Positions 39,048 through 51,906 of a DNA stretch of 64,000 bases are shown here, in pieces (within the stretch, counting starts at the first letter, position 1; every line of letters begins with the position of its first letter). Origin of the DNA: Hydrolagus affinis (lineage: Eukaryota); contig JAAILG010000025.1 of the NCBI GenBank assembly GCA_012026655.1, positions 1-64,000 on the forward strand, in the 5' to 3' direction. Made by a program: the position numbers and the translations under genes. Below the pieces are notes generated by a model. It did not search any database. It was not told where the DNA came from and saw nothing but the letters and a program-made list of their open reading frames with translations.

Positions 39048-39459
39048 ATCACCAAGCCAGTCAGGAACCTCGGTGTCTAGTTTGATCCTCAACTGTCTTT
39101 TCTCCCCCACATCCAGAGGATTCAATTCAAGATCCTGGTCCTCACCTTTTAAAGCCCTCCATGGCCTCACCCCCACCCTACCTCTGTGACCTCCTAATCC
39201 CCCTACCAACCTGCCTGCCCTCTCCGCTCAGCAGGATCCGGCCTGCTCCATGTCCATCGACCCACCCGCCTCACCATTGACAGGCGAGCCTTCAGCCACT
39301 CCGCTCCCAACCTCTTGAACTCCATCCCGCGGTCCTTCCCCCTCGCCCCTTCCCTGGCCTCCTTCAAATCTCGCCTCGAGTCTGAAGGACTGACTTTCCA
39401 GCACCTTGGGACATCCTCGCAACGTGAAAGGCACTATACAAATATAAATTTGTTGTTGT
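39048..39459 (+). mobile_element. Internally deleted L2 ORF2 remnant with 3' tail
   Basis: With stops and frameshifts it encodes VRNLGV*FDPQLSFLPHI-QRIQFKILVLTF/KALHGL..YLCDLL.PY.PA.PLRSAGSGLL..RAFSHSAPNLLNSIP. It ends gggacatcctcgcaacgtgaaaggcactataca..ttgttgttg. Confidence 0.93.
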
Positions 39460-41282
39460 CCTGCGCTGATGATAAATGCAATTGCATTGGAATATACTGG
39501 CCAATCGTACCTTCAGCTCTGAATGTGTTCAAATGCCAAAAAAAAATTGCCTTAGCTGACTTTCCATGAGTTTGGCCTTCAGCGCTCCACTGGAGCTGGA
39601 AATGTATCACTTTCTGATTAGGCGTTTCAAACTTGCTCCAAGGCTGAACTTGTTGGGGAAGAAAAAAAACCAAGATGGATTAACTTAGATTACTGGTGAT
39701 GGTAAAGCTGAGGTCTTTTACGTTGGAACAAACAAACAGTTGTATTTTACTGCTGCTAAAGGCAATCAATCTCCGCGCTTGCCCATTTTGAAGCTGACAA
39801 CATTGGGTGAAGACTGCTGTTTTTTTCTCCTCTGGCTGTTGCTATTGGTGCAGATTACAAAGTTTGCTGTTTACCTCGATTAACACTGTGATCCGTGACT
39901 GCTGGGAGGACATTTCAAAATGATCTCGAGATAACTTTGCCGTTTACACACAGTCAAACCTGTCTACAACAACCTGTCGGGATTGTAGCCAAAGTGGCCT
40001 TTGAGAACAGATGGCCTCTGACCGAAGGTTTATGTGGAACGTTTGTTCGGGCTGCTGCGGATGGGTGTTTGGTGTACGGAGGTGGTTGCTTTAACAGGTT
40101 AGACAATATTGTCCAGCGTCCTTTGTTTTACTGCTGAAGTATTGCTGTGTCCTATACCTATTTTCCACAAGTAATGTATCTCCTCTCAACTAGCTTCACT
40201 GTTTATATGCCAAGTAACACAGAAGAAGCAATACCACTGTCTTGGAAAGCAATTATAATTCACCCTGATATTTTACTGCTGACATTTGGTGCCAAACATT
40301 CTGGAATATTAGAATTCTTTCCATTTTATTTTCCGAAAGAGATGGTGAGATTGCCGCTCTCAGGCAAGATGTCTAGTTATGTGGAGAATGCAAGGCAATT
40401 TTATTATTTGTGCGCAAGTTATATGCCAAATATTCTAGACTGAGAAATTGCAGTGGAGTGCAAGCTGTTCATGCTGATATTTAACCCCCACCCCCACCAT
40501 ACAGCTACGTACTGTAATACTTTTAATGTATAGAATCGATTTTATCTCAAAACATTTCCCAGTCCCTGCATAGTCTTTACCTGTTGAGTGGTGACTCACA
40601 CCAAGGCTGCAGTGGAATTGGGTGTTGCGTCTTATCCCTTCGTAGCATTGCATTGATCCACCACGCCACAGTATTCTGCTCTGACAACAGACCTAATTGA
40701 ATTCCACAGAATCCTCTCATCATTTACATGTTTTATACAGGAGCATGGCTTCAGGAAACTTTCACCTTGTTACTTAGTATTGATTCCGACTGAACAATAT
40801 AAATGACTGTCTTTGTCACAATTCACCAGCATCTTTTGACCTGTGGGATTTTGTCTATTTCAAAAATTGTCAACGCCTCAATTGGAGTTTTAATATCAGG
40901 CTCCCTTGAACTGTTTAAAAACCCTTTTATTTTATTTCCCCCATTCTTCTCCACGTCACTGATGAACAATTACTGTATTTTCGGGCTGTTTTAATTGCGA
41001 AAGGTGAAAAAATCTCTCTGGTCCACGTAATCCGAAGTATAACCAGATCTAATCCTTTCACTGATGAACCAGTGGTCGTCCTGTGGTTTCATTCATGAGG
41101 TGGAGAGGTAAATACTTCATCTATTCCATGACACGTACATGTTAAGTTGTAATTGACTATTCATGAATTTATTGTTCAGTTATATCTGAGATAAATTTGT
41201 GGACAATCTTAATTGTAGTACTATATTTAAAGTCAGCACTCAGTCATTGCCGTAGTTTATTCCTACAGTTAAGTTGATTTTA

Positions 41283-41370
41283 TAAAATACTTGCATTTGA
41301 TACAGCGCCTTATCAGGTATTTGAGACGCCCCGAAGCGCATTGCAGAATAAACCGCAAAGTGAATTGATA
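41283..41370 (-). mobile_element. Family A SINE 3' fragment
   Basis: cttgcatttgatacagcgccttatca..gaagcgcattgcagaata..aaagtgaattga. Confidence 0.82.
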
Positions 41371-43192
41371 TAATGTTAGAATTAATAATCTGAGTGAACT
41401 AATAATCTTAGAATTTATATTAGTGTTCTGTGTGTTTGCTTCGTAATACTGTGATTGGGATTAGCATCCAAGGGACTGTTTAATGAAGAATAATGTAATG
41501 TAATCTTTATCCACTGCATCAGCGTCTCTAATTACAGTTTTCAGCAGTGTCAAGATGGAAAATATTGGTCAACTCCAGTGTCTGAAATGAATGATGTACT
41601 GAAACAAAAGCTAATTTTGTGTGGCTGCAATTTCCTGATGATGATTGGCTTTTATGGTGCACCCTAACAATGTTTTGAATAGTAGCACTTAGATTTAGCT
41701 ATACATGGTTAGCTGAATATGGAAAGAAAATTACACAAACATTGCCTACTCAAGATAATGTTTGATGTTAGCAGTCATTTGGCAGTTGGTTGAGTGAATG
41801 AAATTAATAAGAGGGAACCTAAGAATGTATGCTGCAGTATTTTAATAAAAAACAGAAAATGCTTGAAATCACAGCAAGTCAAATTGACCTGAATTTCAGT
41901 TTGAGATGTTAACATTTTGGTTGAGGAGTCCTCGTGGAACAGGTATGTTCTGTGTGCTTTAATGTACAAATACCTGTCACAGCAAATGACAAATTAGGTG
42001 TTAAACTGCAAAAACCTGCCGACAAAATATGCGTTTCAAACCTTGTCCTAAACTGCAATATGAGAATGACCTATTTAAGATGATTTACATTAGTTAAGCT
42101 CCTTTGGGAATAGTTATAGGTGTATATTTTGTGTGGTCCAGTGGCAGTGATACATACGTAGCCTGAAGCAATAATCACTTAGGCAAATTGTAACATGCAT
42201 AAAAACAGTAATTCATAGATATTATATCGGACAAGCAAATAATTATGTGTCATTATTTCTGATAAATCTTGGATAGTGAGCATCCTGGCAAAATGTGATT
42301 TTTATTTTTTTAATGTATTTTCAATGGCTTCTGTCCTTTTCTCAAAAAATGAGGATACACTTTACAGTATTTACCAATGTGTCACCTACATTCAACAGCC
42401 TTAATGGTATTGCCAGTGATAAAAGAAGATTGGCATCGCTGGTACATATTCTCTCCGATAATCACTGATAAATGACAGCCAGCACTGATTCAGGCAGCAT
42501 ACCTTGTCTGAGCAATCCCACAGACTTATTAAAAAAAATAATGAACTGAGGATGTCCTTTTTCCTTTATTGATACTGCAGCGTCTGAACCTAATAGATGA
42601 AATCTCTCTGCTGGGGATTGACGACTGTGTAACATTTCTGTCAATTAAAAAAGTCTGTCTTTTGAATGTTTTAAAATGCCTGTGGTGGCAGGCAGTGTGC
42701 GACAGGGAAGTGCAGTGCCATCAACACTCGGTGGCACAACGATGTTGGAATCTAGATTCAATCTACCCAATACTTTTTTTTTCTTTCTTGATCTCAGCCA
42801 CATTTGCCGTGGGGAGGTGTCAACGGAGGTTGGAGATTGGCTAAAGGTCTTTGAGCTTTGGCGTATTTGACTTGTCCAGTGGCACTGCGGAGTAGTTTAT
42901 CCATATTTCCTGTGATCTTAGTGACCAGAAGGTCAGTTGTGTGTGTGTGTGAGATACATGCCTTTGCATTGGTTAAGCTCCTATAATATAGTAGTGTTGT
43001 CTGGATACATAATTAACAACCGATATGTATCGAATATTAGGTATAAACTTAAAATTTTTGCTACCTCCCCCAATATTTTCAGGTACTGGTCCATTTTCAG
43101 TGGAAAATAACTTTAATACTGTATTTTCAGTCCTTTCACCCATTCAGAGATTGTTTTGAAAAAAATGTTTTAATTAAGAATAACACATACAT

Positions 43193-43329
43193 CGCCGCAT
43201 TTTGCCCTCAAATATACAGTCAATTGACTTTACAGTACATTCTGTGAAGCGCTTTGAGACGTCTAGAAGACATGTAAAGCAATATATCAAATGCAAGGAT
43301 TATTATTATTGTTATTATTATTATTATTA
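43193..43329 (+). mobile_element. Family A SINE 3' fragment with long (ATT)n tail
   Basis: gccgcattttgccc..gaagcgctttgagacgtctagaagac..caaatgcaagg(att)n. Confidence 0.93.
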
Positions 43330-43795
43330 TCTGGTTGGGAACAATGACCAGGAAATCATTTATTTCCAATAAAGTATTTCTACAAGAACTTTAAAAATAA
43401 AAATAAAATATTTAGCTGCCCTTTTTGTTCTGGCTGAAGCCTTCTGAGGTACACATTGCAAATCACAGATGCAGTGCATTGATCTGACGGAAGATAAAAT
43501 TAATCATCAAATGAAAGGCAGGAATTGAAAAGGCTTTGAACCGAGTGAATGGTATCTACAACGTCAGCTTCAATAACAGGGGAATCAAATGCTGGTGATC
43601 TGAATGCAGCAAGAATGAGATTTCAACCGGTTAAAGTTTTCACTTGAATTCTTTTGAGGATTTTCTTTTTGTTGGAAGCGTTGTAAATAATTCTGCCATG
43701 AATCACAATTAATTAGTGCGCAGTCTCAGAGATGTAGGATTTTGTCCAAAAAGTTAGGGAAAAAAAGAGATGCTTCCAATATTTGTCTGAAGTAA

Positions 43796-43850
43796 TGAAT
43801 TTCAGCCAATAGTTTTTGTCTGAATTTCAGCCAATAGTTTTTTTTTGAAT
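43796..43850. repeat. 25-bp tandem duplication
   Basis: tgaatttcagccaatagtttttgtc / tgaatttcagccaatagtttttttt / tgaat. Confidence 0.9.
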
Positions 43851-44081
43851 ACAGACATACTTACATACATATAATATACGCACAGGCACAATGAAAGCTC
43901 TAATTTTCTGGTTTTGTGGCAGTTAGTATAACAATTTTCCTATTTTTTTTAAAACAAAACAACCTCACCATGGTCACAATATTCAGCACATGCTGCTTAC
44001 AGTTGGACATACTTTTATGCTCTTTTGATAGAATTTGGTATTGAATATGCCAAATATGCAGTATAACATGTATGTATAATA

Positions 44082-44180
44082 TTATAATAAATAATAATCC
44101 TTGCATTTCCTACAGAGACTTACCACGTCTTTGAGACGTCTCGAAGCGCTTCACAGGATTTACTGTCAAGTGAGTTCAGT
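44082..44180 (-). mobile_element. Family A SINE 3' fragment
   Basis: ataataatccttgcattt..cacgtctttgagacgtctcgaagcgcttcacag. Confidence 0.85.
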
Positions 44181-46285
44181 AATATACCTCAGTGCTTGAT
44201 TGGGAAATAACCAAGTCTTTTATGGGGGTGAACAGTATTTGATTCTTATTTAGGCTTGAATGCACGCCTCTTACAGTTCTCTCAAATTGAACTGTCGGCT
44301 TTGTCGGGCTATTTTCACTGGGTTTTCACTTGTCCTTCTGAAGCGATATTTTTAAGTTCTGGACCTCCATTGTGTTTTGACCTGCCTGAACTCAACCTCA
44401 CTCCAGCTGCGATCTCTCTTTCCTCTGGCACACACCACTTTAAATGGAGATTTGCTAGTTCACGCCAGCTAGTTAAAATATCCTTCATCAGAGATACCGG
44501 CTACGTTTAACACTTTGAATTCAGGATGATCATTACATGTGTCACGTGTGGCTGGCTGGGTACCATTGTTAGTTCATGATTCTGCAGGCTGAATGAAGGC
44601 TTGAGTTTTGTGTTGAATTTTATTTTGCGATTCACGCTCCCACCTTTTATCTTGGTGTGGACAGACTCTCTACAGTGCCGGGGCCTCGCCGAAAGTGGAA
44701 GTATTTACAAATGAGTTGTCGCTGCATATGGTGGTAATGTTTTGCATATTTTCATTAAACCCAATCCCCAAAGGATGTCTGTGCGTGTGTTAATTGCTGT
44801 GTAATGCAGCTGCAGCTCTGACAGATACAAGCAGAATGCCCGTGGACTGATTTTGCAGCACTGTGACGTGCGGAGTCAAAACACAATGAATAAAAGAGAA
44901 AGAGAGAGAGAGAGTTGCTCCAATTGCGTGGATCTGCTCATTCACTTGTCTCTCTTGCAGACAATAATAATTCAGGCTTTTTCCAGCTAGACATATGCTT
45001 CCCATCCATTGGTGGTGTTTGGTTTTGCCGCTGGTTGTGAATGATTACAGTGTGCATGATTATTTTGAAGAATTTAAGAACCTGGCATTACATTTCTACT
45101 TTGCTGTATTGGGTACTGAGGCTTTGCTGTCAATAACATATGGTTATTAATGCCCTCCCACCCTTTTTCTAAATTATGATGACAGCTGCTCTTGTTATTG
45201 TGAGACACAGCAGGTCATGAGAAGTGATTGCAAATAGTAGGAGGAACGAACAGCAAAATCATCCGGGAAACACTTAAGACAATGGTCTAAGTGCTGTTGG
45301 CTGTGACATTTACAGTACAAATAAACTTATGCAATAGTTCTTTCTAACCGCTCATATAACTGAACAAAAATTAGAACTACTTTGTAGCTCTGTTCCAAAT
45401 AATAATATGATAATATTAAGAATATTAATGACGATAATATTATTACAAATTGTTATAATATTGTATTTGATCACAGAAAACCGTAACCTCACATTAGCCT
45501 GACCCTAAAATGGACTTCACAACCTCCCATTCCTAATGTACTGAGATAAATCTTGAGATGTTGACTGCTCAGCAGCCTGGCGGAAAGAAAAAAAGATGGT
45601 TGTTTGCAAACCGTACACGGTGTGGTCGCTTAGAGTTTGCCATAACTGGTACCGCTAACCGAAGTGATAAAAGACACATGGCCTGCTTCGCTCCCACAGG
45701 GCTGTTAAGCATGAAATTATAGTAGTTTAATTTCCAAAGATTGCACTTGTCTAATGATTCATGTTGACTGTTTAAGTGTTCATTAAAAAGAAAGTAATTG
45801 AGCTAAGAAGGCTGTGTGTTTTGTTTTTTAAAAAAAACCTTGCATAACTATTTTATTGAATCCTACTGTAACTTCACAGTCCGCAAATGAGACTGCAACC
45901 TCATTAAATAGAGCAACGTTGTCGAGTAAACGAAAACTAGTAAAAATTGGTGACTGATTTAAAGTGGAACAGTGTGGTAAATAGCTGGCGTCAGTTGCGT
46001 TCCATGATAGTTTAGCAAATCATTTGCTTAAGCAGCCCCTATAAAGTTTGTTAATGTTCTGTTGCTCAATTTCATAAATGATCAGGCACAGTGACATTTT
46101 CTTAACATCTTAGTATGCTCTTTTGAAGTTCCGCAGCTGCTCAAATCGTGCACGTAAATCAGACTTGCCCCGAGTTTTAAGAGAATTACTCTTTTAGTCA
46201 ATCATGAGATTCAGAGCATTGTGTTTACTGGGTTAGCTAAATTCCAGTGTCAAATGGGTGACCACTTTACAAGTATTAACAACTT

Positions 46286-46364
46286 ACAAATGACAAGCGT
46301 CTGCTACTGCTCTTTGCAAATTATTACAATTGAGACGGTGCAGTAGCAGAAGCTTGTCATTTGT
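46286..46364. repeat. Inverted repeat/hairpin, 25-bp arms and 29-nt loop
   Basis: acaaatgacaagcgtctgctactgc ... gcagtagcagaagcttgtcatttgt, 24/25 complementary. Confidence 0.95.
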
Positions 46365-48857
46365 TGTGGTTTTCATGCTGTTTGACATTAATTGGCAATA
46401 CAGACATAGTATTGGGGGGGAATTATTTCGACCAATGTTACCTGCTTTCCTTCAAACTGGTACAGCATGAGTTGACAGTGACAGCTGAAGTGAATCAGCA
46501 AGAGAAGCTAATTCTTTAGCTAAAGCTAATTCTTTCTCCAAGGCCATATCCCATCGCATTGTGTGAGTGTGAAAGAGAGAACTTTACCTGGGAGGGCCTA
46601 ATGCGAAGATTAGACATAAACAAATTTCATCTTTTAATCTCACCAATATTCCCCCTGAAAATGCAAGCTAACATTCAAATTCCCCAATTTTGTTTATAAA
46701 GTGACAAAAAAACCCTCACATTAGCAGCTAACCTTCACAATAGCTGAAATATATAAAAGTCTCAATGTGACACTGTCAAGTCTTCAGTATTTTAATAAGG
46801 TGCACATTTTATTCAAAAATGGCTTAAATTCCATATGATGAATGGACTAAAATTCTGCTTTAATTAAATGATCCCAAGCGTTCAGCTGAAATTAAATATG
46901 GAAAATGTGATCTTGAATACAAAAAGGAGCAATTTGCATTGACTGCTCCGTGGGGATCACTGCATCCTGCAATAATTACGTCACTATTTTCATAACCTGT
47001 GTTTGCATGAAACTGAATTGGAAAAAAATCCATCTCTGTTTGGAGCTGATGGAATTTGGAGCTGGTGAAAATTCACTCATGATATTCTGTTTATGCTGAA
47101 CTACTCAATGTTTTAAAGTATTTTGTAGATTAAAGGAATTTTTGCTATTTATACTGTAAAATGCTGAAGCTGCCTCTTTGTGACGTTTCTGTTCCATTCA
47201 CCCACCAAGATCTCAGGTACAAACCCTGGCAACGTTGATAGCAGTGTGTTAGCCTCAGTGTGCCTCTAACAAGCGATTGGGTGGGGGTTGGGAAGGAAGG
47301 GTTCTTACTATACCGAAAGCAATGATTATTTATAATAAATCTTATTGATTCAAAATGTGTTTACTTTCGAATAAAAGTCCTATCCTGTGTGGACTCTCAT
47401 TGGTTTGGGGGTGAAATTAGTTCCATTGAAAATAGAATTCCAAAAAGATATGACCCACCTCTAAAACTTGCCTGTGAGTTTCTCTACCATTGTGAATGGG
47501 CTGGAGTGGGGAAGTGGAGTGTGGGGGAGACAGGATTATTTTGAATAGAAAATCAATTGTTTTTCATCCCCTCAAGCAATCCTCTGTACCATGCTGAAAG
47601 CAACCATCCTGCGAATAATTAGCATGCAATATCATTGACGATTTCACAGTCCCAGATGAGAGAGAAGTCTCCCTTTCTCTCCTTTCCCCGACACACACAA
47701 TGCTGTTTCACAAGGCCATTCATGTCCCCTGTGTCTCTTTCTGTTTTGTTCTTGCTCTCCGTGCACGCATTTCACAGGCTTTCAAATGGAAGATTTTATT
47801 TGGAAAGGAGGAGGAATTTTGTCTGCTTGACCCTAGCCTTGGATGTGATGGACAGACGTCAGTGAAAAATGTGTGGCTGCTTTGTATAAAATAAAGATGT
47901 AGATAAGTAAATGTACATAAAATGAAAGGGTTCCATAGGCAGAGGTGGCAAAGGAAATGGAATTGGGGATAATTATTAATTGCTCAGTGATGGCCTTCAG
48001 ATGATAAGAAGCTGCTGTGACCAAAATACAGTACAAACACGACTTTGCATCTTCAGACATTTGATCATAAGATCATAAGTTATATGACTTACTGATGTGG
48101 CCACCTTTGAAATACACTTTCAGTGCAGTTTGGGGCATGCTAGCCTCATATATGCACACTAATTAAAGTTCTTAAAGTGTTTACTTTTTTGTTACTTCTA
48201 TTGAACTGCAGATAAGTGAGATAGATATTGATCAATGTAGAATAAAATGCATTGAAAATAAATATTTATGAAATGCATTTTGGAAGCTGTATTTGTGCAC
48301 GAGCTAGAGATGTTTCATCAGAATCATAGATTACTATTGTCACACGAGTGCGTGTAGTTAACAGTGGTATTGCCATAGAAACCGATCATGACAGCTGTTA
48401 TTACTTGCTCCCTGGAGTTGTGGTATATGATAATGGTGGTCAAAGGGGGACTAGAGATGGGGGGATGGGTTAGCAATAAAGAATTGATAGCATATCAGCA
48501 GCTAAACCATGACAATCTTTGTGTTGAAATTAATTACAATAGCATATTTCCTTGTGTATGAGGGAAATTTTTTATTACTCAACGTAAGGATGATAATTTT
48601 TTGTGTAACGCCGTTGGTTTTATTTCTCTCAAAGCGAGCAGTGTCGTTTATAGATTTCATGATTAATTTAATCAAATTTAAAATTGGAATTTCATGGGAG
48701 TAGAAATGAATATTTTAACCTTACCTGCCCTTATAAATCACATCTTAATTAAAGCATGTGAATTCTAGACCTAATCCTTTGTTTCTCTGGGGTTTGAACA
48801 TGTTCTCTGTCCATTCTCATCTATAAAGCAGCATTTGTCAATTTTGTTCTTTATTAA

Positions 48858-48956
48858 TACTAATAATAATACTTACATTTGATGAAGCGCCTTATCACAA
48901 TTTTGAGACACATCAAAGCAGTTTATAGAATATACTGCAAAGTGAATTGACTGTAT
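48858..48956 (-). mobile_element. Old family A SINE 3' fragment
   Basis: taataataatacttacatttgatgaagcgccttatcac..agaatatactgcaaagtgaattgactgta. Confidence 0.85.
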
Positions 48957-50679
48957 CTTACATTGCCTGTGGGCTCAGTACTTTAATCCATAGTGTACAG
49001 TATTCAGTTATCTGTAACTTCCACAAATACATTTTCTTGTTTGCTGCACACGTCTGTCCCTCGTGAACCAGTATGATTTAAGAGACTGGCAAGTGATTCC
49101 GCTCTCATGAATCTCAACCTCTTTGAGCCAGCCAGTCAAACTGAAGGTATTTCTCATTACCAGTACAAGTGCCTTCAGTGACTCAATCTCAGGTGGTCCT
49201 GCCCATAGCAGCCCAAAAGAGCCTCAGCTTTTGTTTCCTGCACCTACGTTTCAAATGCTGGTACTAAATATGGCAGATTTAATATATTCCCAATGGTGCC
49301 CACCGTTCGTATGAAGGAGGTCAGCATCTGTTGTTACCTAAATAATTCTAATTAGCGACGGCTTTAAGTGTCAATTCACAAGGTGTCCAGGACTTGTTTT
49401 GTGCATTTGTCGACTTTAACCTTGTGTGCCACAATTGGTACATACGCGTGCTAGGCACAGCCTCTGTGATCTTCCTGCAGTAGCGATAACAATGTTGGAA
49501 GTAGCTGCAGTTGCATCTGGATGGCAATTGTTGGGATGTCAAGGAGCAATGGAGAAACTAGCTATTCTGTGTCATAGGGTATTGATTGGCTGGTAGCGTT
49601 TGACTGAAAAGCTCGATATTTTCTGGAACTGCGACAGAACGTATCTATAGTATGTCACAAGATTTTGTCTGTCATGTTGGGAATTTTGCCTGGCAGGTGT
49701 TGATTGCTGCCCTTGATCTGGCTGTCAGCAGACTGAATGACATTGTTCAGTTCTGCCTAAACGTATATCAGCAATGATTGCAATCTCCAGCCTTGGCTGC
49801 AGAGTCGATAACTTGTTCAACACAGCAAACTGCAAGAGAAGAATGCAGTTCTGATTCTACACTGCTGCATACACGTGGCGCAAAAGAGTTCCTTAACGCA
49901 TAATAACATACATAAATAGGACACCTGATTTTTTTGCTGTATCATGTTATAGTGCCAGGCTGAAGCTACTAAGCAAATTAAGAGTGGAACCACTTGCTGT
50001 TAAGATGGCTTGTTTGCTCCTTGCTTTTCTAATTTCTTTGTCACTCGCTGGGTTAGGAGAATTTGAAATTAGTCTTAATGTAATGAAGGCTACCGCTTGC
50101 AGGTCTTGCTTTGTCCAAAGAATGAAATACTAACTGATAATAGTAATTTACTGTGTAATTAAGTTACCATGAAATGACAACCGGTTTGAAAGAAAGTCTA
50201 TTGTAACCTCGATAAAGCTGCTATAATTCAAATGGCAATGCCAAATCTTATCTGGAATTAAGTTTTAACCAGTTTATGTGATTTAATTTTTTTTTGCCCT
50301 CAGGACCACTAGACAATGTAATTATATGCTTACAGTACAATGCATATTTCTACAGTGGTAGTAGATTGACAGCCTCCAAATGATTTGCAGAACTTTCTGA
50401 GAAACAATGTTAACGGCTCAAGGCAGTTTTTTTTTCAATCATGCGTGTGTTGAAACTGTGTGTATACTACATATAGAATGTATATTATTATAACTGTGTA
50501 TATATTACACATATATATATATACACACCACACCACAGAGAATTGTGTAGTACAGTATATGTTTACTTTTATATAACACTGTGTTACTTCCAGAAAATGG
50601 TTATTTAGACATTTAGGTTATGAGAACAAAAGTCTGTTTACAAAGCATGTGCAGAACTAGAATATATGTGTTATGGGCG

Positions 50680-50957
50680 AATATACAGTCAATTCTCTTC
50701 ACAGTATATTCTGTGAAGTGCTTTGAGATATGTCAATGGTGTGATAAGTTGCTGTATAATAATAATAATCCTTGCATTTGATATAGCGCTTTTCACATCT
50801 TATCAACATCTCAAAGCGCTTCACAGAATATACTGTAAAGTGAATATTTGTGGGCGAAACGTGGCAGCCAATTGCACGCAGCAGTGTCCAACAAACAGTC
50901 GTGGATTGAAATGACCAATTTTTATTATTGCGGTTTATATCAAATGCAAGAATTATT
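50680..50957 (+). mobile_element. Family A SINE 3' fragment (50680-50755 and 50936-50957) split by an antisense SINE
   Basis: aatatacagtcaatt..gtgataagttgctgt | insert | tatatcaaatgcaagaattatt. Confidence 0.85.
50756..50935 (-). mobile_element. Family A SINE, 5'-truncated, nested in another copy
   Basis: ataataataatccttgcatttgatatagcgcttttcac...gtcgtggattgaaatgaccaatttttatt. Confidence 0.93.
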
Positions 50958-51225
50958 GTGTCTTATATATTCTAACATTACAAAAAAAAAGTTACGTTTT
51001 CTTCTCCACTCCTGAAAGTATGTTTTTTTTATACCCAGCAATTACCGTAAGATTCGAAGTGAAAAGCAATTGGCTGCAGCGGTCGCTAGGAGAGAGGGAT
51101 TTTTAAAGTCGATCGTAAAGAAAAAAAATAGAGTTGTACAGTATTACTGTGGATTTGCATTACATCAGCTGTCCAGTTTCTAGTACAGTGTTTGTTTGAT
51201 TTTGCTGTGGCCTATGGATCTGTAA

Positions 51226-51247
51226 GTGTGTGTGTGTGTGTGTGTGT
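51226..51247. repeat. (TG)n microsatellite
   Basis: About 11 GT units. Confidence 0.9.
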
Positions 51248-51906
51248 ATTTAACACATAACGGCCATGCTGAACTTGTGGTATATGTAATTAGCAACAGA
51301 AAGTGCATGGTATCGCATGTATTACATAATGACCCTCTTCCTTATGCCAGCTACAGATATTTGAACTGCTTGTGAGTAGTGTATATGCCATGCTCAGCGA
51401 GTATTGAACACATCACAAAATCCCCCGGGTGGCAGCCCACTTACTTTAATCCACTTTTGCAAATATAGTTTTCTCAAGCAATAAAGATAATGTGCTTGAT
51501 TTTGAAGGAAAGCTCTGACATGTTCATACATCAAAACATTTCCTGATTTCTGAGAGTTTGGGACCCCAGCAAACGGTTTGCCGTTCTCACGATGATTGTG
51601 GAGTAGAATAACTCCAGTCTTTCTTTTTGACAGTATCATAATACAATACCAGTGATACAAATATATAATTCATCAAAATATCCCATTACGTTAAATGAAA
51701 CTAAGCACAAAATAGTGAATATTCCCACGTGAATACGGCAGTGATTTAATTATTTTTTTCCCCCCCTGAAACCTGGAAACTAAGAAACTCTAGAGAAGTG
51801 AATAGAAGCAGTGAGTAAAACCTATTTGTGGCTCTTCATTTCAAATGAGACCATGGAGAATAATAGCATTCCAGGCAAAGTGTGGTTTTGGAGTTTTAGA
51901 TAAATA

